Below, piece after piece: positions 1-7,480 of a stretch of 32,000 bases of DNA. This DNA is from an uncultured archaeon (GTDB lineage Archaea > Iainarchaeota > Iainarchaeia > Iainarchaeales > Iainarchaeaceae): positions 1-32,000 of the forward strand of contig CAZNZM010000005.1 of NCBI GenBank assembly GCA_964577555.1, written 5' to 3'. Positions within the stretch are counted from its first letter, which is position 1. Every line of letters starts with the position of its first letter. Both the position numbers and the translations under genes were made by a program. The notes below the pieces were generated by a model. It was given only the letters and a program-made list of their open reading frames with translations. It did not search any database and was not told the origin of the DNA.

Positions 1-719
1 AAGTTCCATTTAGGTTCTAAAGTATAAGAGTATTTAATTATTGGATTGTTGGATTTAATCAAGTTGAAAACAGCAACAACACTAACATTATTATTCACAT
101 TTATTGTGCATGTGCTTGTTCCAGAGCATGCTCCACTCCAACCTGCAAATACTGATCCTGTGTTTGGAGTTGCTGTTAACGTTATTGTTGTGCCGTTTGC
201 ATGCGTTTCTGTGCAATCAGAACCGCAATTAATTCCTGTCCCTGTAATTGTTCCAGAACCAGAGCCAGATTTGGAAACCGAAATAAAGTAAGTTGTTGGT
301 GTAGTTTCTATGTGGTATTCATGTGTTCCATAATCTGGCGCATTACCATATAATACTCGTTCTCCATCAGATTTTTTATATAACCATATTTTGTCACCGT
401 TGGACCAGTTGGTTGGAGAGGCAAGTGTTATAGTATTTGTTGAATAATCTATTGATTTAATTTCAACTACATTGTTTATTGATCCAATAGCAATCCAATC
501 TGGGAATAATGTGACTTTTCTTGCAAGATCTGAACCCAAAGAACCATCTTGGAAATACAAAGCATCTCCTACTGTTAAATTCCTTGAATTAGAACCATTG
601 CCTACTGCAACAGTCAAATGAACTCCGCCATCTATAGCTGGCGAGTTAGCTGTCAAATTTAGGTTTGGATAATTTAAATTTTTAGGATCCGACAAATCAG
701 GATTTTCAAATTTTGGGTT
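1..719 (-). CDS. Partial CDS (3' end beyond left edge): adhesin-like protein with a beta-helix-cap-type NSPAIDGG motif and a divergent InlB B-repeat-like domain
   Basis: Absent from the supplied ORF track because it has no stop inside the window. My minus-strand translation is open from the TGA at 722..720 down to base 1: ...NPKFENPDLSDPKNLNYPNLNLTANSPAIDGGVHLTVAVGNGSNSRNLTVGDALYFQDGS...SKSGSGSGTITGTGINCGSDCTETHANGTTITLTATPNTGSVFAGWSGACSGTSTCTINVNNNVSVVAVF... The GSGT-x-INCGSDC...TLTATP-x-G-x-FAGWSGAC-x-G-x-C pattern is typical of the divergent InlB B-repeat family. There is no in-frame ATG near the 5' end; the only candidate starts are TTG at 695..693 and 656..654. Confidence 0.6.
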
Positions 720-829
720 TCAAAGTTTAATACTGCTAAAATTAGTAATAAGAAACTTTTAATTGGAAAGATATTCTATAAATATATTTTTTGGTTTATA
801 GTTAAATAATATTATGTTGTTATTTTTTT

Positions 830-1465
830 GTGGCTGAAAAGTTTAATCTTGCGATTTGTATACCTTCAGGCAGGTTTGTAGATTTTCACTTTTTCAAATC
901 TTTTGCAAAATCAATTCCGCAAATATTGATGTCTTATAATACTGCAATATTGCCTGTTTCGTCTCCATATATACAGGAAAATCGTAATGAAATAGTTCGC
1001 AGGGCTTTGTTAACCGAAAATAAAATAAAGGATTTCAAATTTGATTTTTTTCTTTGGCTTGATACCGACATGGTTTTTGATCAAAGCCAAGTTGGTTTTT
1101 TATTGCGGCATTTGGAAAACGGCTTGGATTTTGTTTCAGGGCTTTATTTCAATCCAAAAGGCGATAAATTGTTGCCAGTTGCTTTTAGGAGGAAGGGCGA
1201 CATATACGAGTGGCTGCAAAAAGACGAGCTTTCAGGTTTAATGGAAGTGGATGCCGTCGGCTTCGGATTTTGTGCTTTCAAGGCCGAAATTGCAAGAAGG
1301 CTTTCAGAAAAATACAACAACAGGATTTTTGATTTGCGTTATCTTCCAAATGGAGGTCTTATAGGCGAAGACCAAGTTTTTTGCGAGAGAGTTAAAGAAT
1401 TAGGTTTTAAAATTTGGCTTGATTCTAATATATTGATAAAGCATGCAAAGGGTTTGATTCCTTGA
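830..1465 (+). CDS. GT-A fold (GT2-like) glycosyltransferase
   Basis: 211-aa ORF with a GTG start. It has an N-terminal beta-strand LAICIPSG, a DxD-type motif WLDTDMVF, and a C-terminal GEDQVFCERVKELGFKIWLD block typical of GT-A enzymes. Confidence 0.75.
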   Translation: MAEKFNLAICIPSGRFVDFHFFKSFAKSIPQILMSYNTAILPVSSPYIQENRNEIVRRALLTENKIKDFKFDFFLWLDTDMVFDQSQVGFLLRHLENGLDFVSGLYFNPKGDKLLPVAFRRKGDIYEWLQKDELSGLMEVDAVGFGFCAFKAEIARRLSEKYNNRIFDLRYLPNGGLIGEDQVFCERVKELGFKIWLDSNILIKHAKGLIP

Positions 1466-1493
1466 AAAGCGATTTTTTGTTTTTTTGCAACAA

Positions 1494-1880
1494 TCATTTT
1501 TTGTCAGGATAAAATTCAAGTGCAATTGAGTTTATACAATACCTTTTTTTTGTTGGCGCAGGGCCATCATCAAATACATGCCCAAGATGCGAACCACATT
1601 TTGCGCATTTAACTTCAATTCTATGCATAAAAAATCGGTAATCGTCCTTAAATTCAACTTTGTTTTTTTCCAAAATATCATAAAAGCTTGGCCAACCAGT
1701 GCCTGATTCAAATTTGGTTTTTGAGGAAAATAGAGGTTCATTGCAAACAACACAAACATAAATTCCTTTTTCTTTATTGTTCAAGAATTTTCCTGAAAAT
1801 GGCGGTTCAGTTCCTCCAAGAATGCATATGTTATATTGTTCCTGTGAAAGTTTTTTTTCATTCTTGTTGTCTTTCCTCAT
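1494..1880 (-). CDS. msrB: Peptide-methionine (R)-S-oxide reductase MsrB
   Basis: 128-aa ORF with an ATG start. It has the zinc CxxC pairs CVVC and CAKC, plus GTGWPSF, HLGHVFDDGP and the catalytic RYCINS motif. Confidence 0.9.
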   Translation of the reverse strand: MRKDNKNEKKLSQEQYNICILGGTEPPFSGKFLNNKEKGIYVCVVCNEPLFSSKTKFESGTGWPSFYDILEKNKVEFKDDYRFFMHRIEVKCAKCGSHLGHVFDDGPAPTKKRYCINSIALEFYPDKK

Positions 1881-1937
1881 TCAAAATAAAATATCCACAA
1901 TGCATTAAAAAAATAAATTATTGACAACAATTTTTTT

Positions 1938-2024
1938 TGGTGCGGAGGGGAGGATTCGAACCTCCGAAGGCACTAAGCCACCAGGTTCTAAGCCTGGCCG
2001 AATTGACCGCTATCGGACCCCCGC
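1938..2024 (-). tRNA. tRNA-Leu (anticodon UAG), class II with long variable arm, CCA genomically encoded
   Basis: Manual cloverleaf: GCGGGGG TC CGA-TAGCGGTCAAT-TCG G CCAGG CTTAGAA CCTGG TGGCTTAGTGCCTTC GGAGG TTCGAAT CCTCC CCTCCGC A CCA. The acceptor stem has 7 bp (one G-U). The T-loop is TTCGAAT and the variable arm is 15 nt. Confidence 0.85.
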
Positions 2025-2123
2025 ATTACAAATACTTAATATTGTATAAGCGTTTTTAAAGCGGTTTTGAGTTGGATATTCAAGCTATTTTCAGAATTTG
2101 TCATTTTATATTTTTAGTTTTTT

Positions 2124-3926
2124 TTATTCGTTTTTGCTTTTCAAATAATATACAAAATACTTGCTGTTTTGAAAGATTATTGGATAACCTGTGTCATTTT
2201 GTGTTTCAAGCACCATGTACTTTATTCCATATTCCTTTACAATTCGCTTGATTTCTGAAGGGTCGATTTTTGCTTTTTCCGCCATTTTCATTCTTTTTTT
2301 CCATTCAAATGCATATTTCCTATCAAATACTCCTTGGGCGCTTGCTCCCGGGCTTACAAAAATTCCTTTATGGCATTTCATTCTCAGAATTGCATTAAGG
2401 TAGCTTGCGTAAGGATCAGTCAGAAAAATGTCTTCTTTTTTAGTATTGTTTTGTATCCAAGTGCACAACTCGGATGATTTTTGATCTTCTTCATACGGCG
2501 AATTGAAGCTGAATAATGGCAGAAGCATAATTGAAAGAGCCAATGGTGTTGCCATTGATATTTTTTCCCAGTTTCTTTCCAAAAAAGCCTTGTGTTTTTT
2601 TGTTGCAACTTTCAATATGATTATGGCAATAATAAAAATCAATGCCAAGTATTCTGGATTTTTTTTCTCTATAAACATGAGTACCACAACTGCGACAGAA
2701 CTTAAAGCAAGTAACAATGCTTTTGTCTTATTGTCCAAGTTTATCCATTTTTTCTGAAATGCATTTTCTTTAATGAAGGAAAGAGTAAAAACAGGAATGA
2801 AGGCGAATATCATAATTTCTTTTAGCCAGACAGATAAAATTATGCCTATGATTGAAATGTTTGTTATTAGGTCATCAGGATTTTTGATGATGTAATTTAT
2901 GCCGTATCCTATAAACAGCATTACTGCCGTCAATTCAAAAATTGTTGCAGACCTAGCAAGTTGTGCTTGTACAAAAATTTGTATTTTTAATATATCTGCA
3001 AAAATGATTGCAGCTACAAATAGCAGTAATGGAATTATTGCACAGAGTAATGCTATTGCTGCTTTTTTCTTGCCTGTTTTATTTATCCATTGCCAACCTG
3101 CAAAAAATAGAAGTGAAAATGCTGCATAATATAAAATCATTTGTATTCTGCCTGTTGTGACAAAAAGATAATTATTTGTTTCAACCAGAATGTTAAACCA
3201 TTCTTGGTCCATTGCATTAAATTCAGGTCGTACAATTGAAGGTGTTGCAATAAAAAATATCAAAATAGAAATCATAGGGATTGAAGCGAAAATAATTGAT
3301 GCGAAATTTTTTTCATTCATTATTCTATCCAAGATAATTCCATAATATATAATAAGAAAAGGCACTGTTGTAATAGGATGCATGAAAAATGATATGCCTG
3401 TCAATACACTGGCTTTGAATATTTTTCCTTCAACCAGAAAAGTCAAGGAAAGAATGGCTATAGAAAGTGCTGCCGCGCGTGGAACTAGTAAAATTTCTAC
3501 TGTAAGTGTCTGTGTCCCAAATACGCTTATGCCGCCTGACAATACTGCAGCAGCAATAATACTTATTGCCTTATTTTTGGAGAAGAAAAAAGCCAACCTA
3601 TAAATTCCCGCCAAAAAGATAAATCTAAAAAAAATTGTGAGAACAAATAATGCGATTGTTATGTTATTTCCAAAAATCTTTGATGCTAAAATGACGATCT
3701 CATCAAAATAAGTCATTTTTCCTTGGTCAAACTTTGTGATTATGTCATCGCCTAACCCGTTTTTGCCAAGACTTTCCTGAATTTTCGGGATATAATAAAC
3801 ATGGTCACTTGTAAAGACCCTGTATCCAGGTATGGCGACAATTGAAAATATTGTGATAAAGAAAATAATTACCGTGGCATTTGCATCTAATATTGTGTTT
3901 TTTTTATCTTGGCTTTGCAAAATCAT
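2124..3926 (-). CDS. Polytopic membrane protein with soluble C-terminal domain (possible GT-C-like glycan-handling enzyme; function uncertain)
   Basis: 600-aa ORF. Many hydrophobic helices span roughly aa 20-470, followed by a C-terminal globular region of about 130 aa. Its ATG overlaps the stop of the upstream oxidoreductase (ATGA at 3926..3923). Confidence 0.8.
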   Translation of the reverse strand: MILQSQDKKNTILDANATVIIFFITIFSIVAIPGYRVFTSDHVYYIPKIQESLGKNGLGDDIITKFDQGKMTYFDEIVILASKIFGNNITIALFVLTIFFRFIFLAGIYRLAFFFSKNKAISIIAAAVLSGGISVFGTQTLTVEILLVPRAAALSIAILSLTFLVEGKIFKASVLTGISFFMHPITTVPFLIIYYGIILDRIMNEKNFASIIFASIPMISILIFFIATPSIVRPEFNAMDQEWFNILVETNNYLFVTTGRIQMILYYAAFSLLFFAGWQWINKTGKKKAAIALLCAIIPLLLFVAAIIFADILKIQIFVQAQLARSATIFELTAVMLFIGYGINYIIKNPDDLITNISIIGIILSVWLKEIMIFAFIPVFTLSFIKENAFQKKWINLDNKTKALLLALSSVAVVVLMFIEKKNPEYLALIFIIAIIILKVATKKHKAFLERNWEKISMATPLALSIMLLPLFSFNSPYEEDQKSSELCTWIQNNTKKEDIFLTDPYASYLNAILRMKCHKGIFVSPGASAQGVFDRKYAFEWKKRMKMAEKAKIDPSEIKRIVKEYGIKYMVLETQNDTGYPIIFQNSKYFVYYLKSKNE

Positions 3927-5323
3927 TTCACATAGCCTCTTTCGAAGTAATCATTTTCCGAGCCTATAGTGTCAATGTCGTATTTTTTTCTTTCAATAAT
4001 AGTTCTTGCCGCCATTATCCCCATTTCAAGCGAATGATCTTGGTTGGTGTATTTGAATCTTCCTAGTCTGCCAATGCATATCAAATTTTGAATACTTTCA
4101 AGGTAGTCCAGCACAATTTTTAGATTTTGTTTATAATACAGATCATAGACAGGATACACATATTCTTTTTTTATCAGGTAAGAATCAATTATTTCGTTTC
4201 TTTTCACAAAATTGAGTCTCTCAAGCCATTCTGAGACAAGCTCCAGTAATTCATCTTTTTTCATTTTCCATATTTTGTCGTCTTTCCAACAGAAAAATTC
4301 GATGAACAAAGAAGTTTTTCCTTCTGGCGACATTTTTACGGAAAAATTCCGCATTTCCGAAATTCTTCCGATGGGTATTTCAGTGTTTGGAAAATAAATC
4401 CATTGGTCATTGCTGACTGAAGGCTTGTTCAGAGTAATAAATAAGTATACTTGGCTCCTGAACTTTAGCTTAGATACTGCTTCCATTACTTTTTTTGGCG
4501 GAGAAGGTTCAAGCAGTTGACATAAGGAATTTATAGGTATTGAGGAAACAACCCAATTTGGGTTATTTATTTCAATTAGGTTACTTAATTTTACACGTTT
4601 TATTTTCCTTCCATTAATAAAAATTTTTTTTGGCTCTGTGTTGAGCAAAAAATCGTTGTTTTTTTCAACAATCCGCTTTTTTATTTCTTCATAAATCAAT
4701 CCTGTTCCTGAATCAGGATAAAAAAATTGATCAACCAAGGTTTTAGGGCCTTTTTTCTTCATTATAGAATTTTTTAGTATGGCAGTGATTGATAACCCTT
4801 TTATTCTTTGTTCGCCCCATTCCCAAGAAAGTTTATTGCATTCCAAACCCCATACTTTTCTAGTGTAGTTGAGTATATTGAATTCCGCGAGCGACCTGCC
4901 GAATTTTGAGACAACGTATTCTTCAAAATTTTTCGGTTGCTTTTTTGGTTTTACTTTTTCTTTCAAATAATCAATTATTACTGAAGCGGCTTTTTTTGGC
5001 CCCATTGTAAGCAATGCGCTTAATAAATCAACAGGATATTTGTAAAATTTTCCATCAATATAAAATCTTGTGAACCTGTTTACTTTTATCCATTTTTCTC
5101 CAAGGACGTCTTCAATCATGTCATAAAGATACTTGTTTTTGCTGAAGAATCTGTGAGGTCCATTGTCGGTTCTGAATTCGCCAAATTTATATGTCCTGCT
5201 CAAGCCACCTACTTCGCTTTCCTTTTCAACTAATATAAAATTTTTTCCGGCTTTGTGCAGTTCCATTGCACAAGCCATTCCTGCTGGACCAGCTCCTAAA
5301 ATTAGTATATTATTTTTTCCCAT
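3923..5323 (-). CDS. FAD/NAD(P)-dependent oxidoreductase (amine-oxidase / UDP-galactopyranose-mutase-like fold)
   Basis: 466-aa ORF. It has an N-terminal dinucleotide-binding motif ILILGAGPAGMACAMEL...EKESEVGGLSRT. It is translationally coupled to the 600-aa membrane protein. Confidence 0.8.
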   Translation of the reverse strand: MGKNNILILGAGPAGMACAMELHKAGKNFILVEKESEVGGLSRTYKFGEFRTDNGPHRFFSKNKYLYDMIEDVLGEKWIKVNRFTRFYIDGKFYKYPVDLLSALLTMGPKKAASVIIDYLKEKVKPKKQPKNFEEYVVSKFGRSLAEFNILNYTRKVWGLECNKLSWEWGEQRIKGLSITAILKNSIMKKKGPKTLVDQFFYPDSGTGLIYEEIKKRIVEKNNDFLLNTEPKKIFINGRKIKRVKLSNLIEINNPNWVVSSIPINSLCQLLEPSPPKKVMEAVSKLKFRSQVYLFITLNKPSVSNDQWIYFPNTEIPIGRISEMRNFSVKMSPEGKTSLFIEFFCWKDDKIWKMKKDELLELVSEWLERLNFVKRNEIIDSYLIKKEYVYPVYDLYYKQNLKIVLDYLESIQNLICIGRLGRFKYTNQDHSLEMGIMAARTIIERKKYDIDTIGSENDYFERGYVK

Positions 5324-5588
5324 TTGAAAACCTTTTTTTTTATATTCTCAAGTCAAGCAAACAACTTTTTCAATTGTTTTTTTGTGCAATATTTATCCAA
5401 ATTTATTTTACTTTTCATTAATTATAAATCTAATTTAATTAGTTTTAAATAATTTAAATTGGTTTGCATTTATTTTATGTCTGTGAAATCATGCTTCGTT
5501 TGGTACTTAAATAGCTCGCGTCTTTGGCAATCGCTAATCAGTTTAAAGTAAAAAACACATGATTATTTTTGTAAATTGTCTAATTTGT

Positions 5589-5858
5589 CTAATTTTGAAT
5601 TGCTCCTTGGCTATGAGAGTAATAGTTTATCCTTGGAACAACCCTTATTTGTTGTGTTGCTGAAACATCAAACGCCATTTCAAGATCAAGTTTTGCTTGA
5701 ACAAACAACTTTATGGTATTATTAGTCATGTTTTGTAGCCAACTCATTGCACTGCCAAAAACGCCTTGCCCGAAATTGTTTTCGGAAATTATTTGTTCCG
5801 GAATCTCGAACTGGAAATCATAGATTTTTGGAATTCCAAGGGGTGTATTTTTTTTCAA
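5589..5858 (-). CDS. Hypothetical small protein (89 aa), uncertain
   Basis: The frame is open for 89 codons in an AT-rich region where stops are frequent, and composition is not low-complexity. However, the only start is TTG, 15 nt downstream of the tRNA-Arg 3' end, and I recognise no motif. Confidence 0.35.
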   Translation of the reverse strand: MKKNTPLGIPKIYDFQFEIPEQIISENNFGQGVFGSAMSWLQNMTNNTIKLFVQAKLDLEMAFDVSATQQIRVVPRINYYSHSQGAIQN

Positions 5859-5872
5859 GTGTTTATTTCTTA

Positions 5873-5966
5873 CGCCCCCACAGGGAATCGAACCCTGATT
5901 GCTGGTTTATTGCAAGCCTTTTTTTCTTTCCGCAAACCAGTTTCCTATCCATTAGAAGATGGGGGC
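5873..5966 (-). tRNA. tRNA-Arg (anticodon GCG) with a 22-nt canonical (37/38) intron; CCA not encoded
   Basis: Manual fold: GCCCCCA TC TTCT AATGGATA GGAA A CTGGT TTGCGG [AAAGAAAAAAAGGCTTGCAATA] A ACCAG CAAT CAGGG TTCGATT CCCTG TGGGGGC G. The acceptor, anticodon and T stems pair perfectly. The mature length is 72 nt. Confidence 0.8.
5908..5929 (-). other. tRNA-Arg intron with bulge-helix-bulge splicing motif
   Basis: Exon TTGC (nt 32-35) pairs with intron GCAA to give the 4-bp central helix. This is flanked by the 3-nt bulges GG|A and TA|A, which place the cuts at 37/38. An inner helix AAG/CTT closes a 9-nt loop. Confidence 0.7.
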
Positions 5967-6013
5967 TGTATTTTTGGCTGAAAATAAAAGGAAGTGAAAC
6001 AATTAAAATTAGA

Positions 6014-6524
6014 TTTTTTTTACAATTATTATTTTCAAAATCCTAAACAAAATTTTTTCAAACCATTTTTTTTATTTAGACCTTGTCTTGTTGCCTTTTT
6101 TTGTGTGGCAGCATTTTTCTTTTTTTGTTTTTGCAGTCGTTTTTTTTGTCTTTATTTTTCAGCTGTTTTTTTTGCAATTTTAGGCGTTGTCTATGTATTT
6201 TTTTTGTTTTTTCGTTGTTTGTTTTGCAAGCCATTTTTTGTGGCTTATTTTTTTCATGTCAAGTTTTTTTCTTAATTTTTTTTATTGGTTTTTTTGTTTT
6301 TTTTAATTTGTTTATTTTTTTGTGAGCCGATTTTTTTTATAGTCATTTTTTTTGTCATTATTTTTTTGTTAGTTGTTTTTTTTGTCAAGCCTTTTTTATA
6401 ATTTTTTTTACTTCATATTTTTTTGGCTTTTGCTAATTTTTTTATTTAAATTCAAATTTATTTTTTTGAACGGCTTTTTTTGTCCATCCAAATTTTTTTA
6501 TGTTTTTTTTCAAAGTTGTTTTTT
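6014..6524 (+). repeat. Strand-polar oligo-T tract array A (degenerate unit of about 15 bp)
   Basis: By manual count there are 29 runs of at least 6 T (mostly T7-T8) on the plus strand in about 510 bp. Each is followed by a short G/C-containing word. Run starts at 6315, 6331, 6346, 6361, 6376, 6392, 6403 and 6418 are nearly periodic. No plus-strand A run of 6 or more occurs in the interval. Confidence 0.85.
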
Positions 6525-6531
6525 CAGCGGT

Positions 6532-7437
6532 TCAGACAAGCCTTATTACTTTGTCTTCAAAAAAAACCAAAGTTGTTTCTGCTTGGGTTACTATTTTGCC
6601 TTCTTGTTCTTTCAGCAATGGAAAAGCCATTATGGTTTTGGATTTTAGGAGTTCCCTTATCGCAATTTTTCTTGAAAAATCAGGAATGTTCAAGTCTCGT
6701 TGCAGCCATCTTTCAGCAAAAGGCAAGGTTTTATAATTTTCTTGAACGTAGTTAACTATTTTTCTTGCATCTATGTTTCTTATAGGTTTTTTTTCATTTA
6801 ATTGGAATATTTCAGCTTGGTTGCCTTCGATGACATATCCAGTGCCGTCAGTTGCAAATGGTTCTATTGCAACAGCCATGTCATTTTTCAATGTGTTTGA
6901 GTCTTTGGTTTGAATATTTGGAATAGAAGGTCCTGTGTGTGCATCGTATTCAGCTACTCCGTGGCCGCTTAGATTTTGTATAGGATTAAATCCTTTTTCT
7001 CTGATAGTTGTTTGTATTTTTTCCCCTATTTTTCCAACGATTATTCCATGTTTTGCAATTTTTACTGCTTCTTCCAAGGCTTCTTTGCTTGCCATAACCA
7101 TTTTTTCATATTTTCCAGAAAAATCGATTGTCATGGCCGAATCAGCTATAAAACCATCAACATGCACTCCTATGTCTACTTTTATTACGTCATTTTCTTC
7201 AACTTTGTCTTTTGATTCAAATGACGGAGTATAATGCGCGGCTATATTATTTTTTGAAAGATTGATTGGAAAAGCCGGTTTTCCGCCTTTTTTCTCTATT
7301 TCCGATTCTATTAATTCTGCGAATTCAAACAAGTTTGAACCGATTTTTAATTTTTGTTTTGCAATGTCCTGCATTTCCTTTGCTATTTCTCCGGCTTTTT
7401 TGTATTTTTGCAAAATTTCTTTGTCCATAAGAATCAA
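6532..7437 (-). CDS. map: Type 2 (archaeal/eukaryotic-type) methionine aminopeptidase
   Basis: 301-aa ORF with motifs FPINLSKNNIAAHYTP, DIGVHVDGFIADSA, NLSGHGV and AIEPFAT. The track start at 7437 is TTG, so the true start is probably the ATG at 7428 (MDKEILQKY...). Confidence 0.9.
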   Translation of the reverse strand: MILMDKEILQKYKKAGEIAKEMQDIAKQKLKIGSNLFEFAELIESEIEKKGGKPAFPINLSKNNIAAHYTPSFESKDKVEENDVIKVDIGVHVDGFIADSAMTIDFSGKYEKMVMASKEALEEAVKIAKHGIIVGKIGEKIQTTIREKGFNPIQNLSGHGVAEYDAHTGPSIPNIQTKDSNTLKNDMAVAIEPFATDGTGYVIEGNQAEIFQLNEKKPIRNIDARKIVNYVQENYKTLPFAERWLQRDLNIPDFSRKIAIRELLKSKTIMAFPLLKEQEGKIVTQAETTLVFFEDKVIRLV

Positions 7438-7480
7438 ATTCTTTTCAAGACACGTTTAAATTGATATGCTTATTAAATTG

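Noticed and set aside
46-291. 81-aa plus-strand ORF
   Set aside because: It is antisense to a longer minus-strand frame that carries a recognisable InlB B-repeat-like domain, and it has no motif of its own.
5503-5550. A relatively GC-rich patch in the 5324-5588 intergenic region as a small structured RNA
   Set aside because: Only 3-bp complementary segments could be found by eye, with no convincing stem-loops or known motif.
6014-6524. The T-tract array as a replication origin (it is AT-rich and close to polB)
   Set aside because: I could find no ORB or mini-ORB-like inverted repeats. No orc1/cdc6 gene is adjacent. The strict strand polarity of the tracts, together with a second copy between two giant genes, argues for a transcription- or chromatin-related element instead.
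5994-6755. Several plus-strand Phe-rich ORFs (93, 80, 91, 91 and 78 aa) in the supplied track
   Set aside because: These are artefacts of reading T7-T8 tracts as TTT codons, giving extreme Phe/Leu/Cys low complexity in mutually overlapping frames. The right-hand ones are also antisense to the well-supported map gene.
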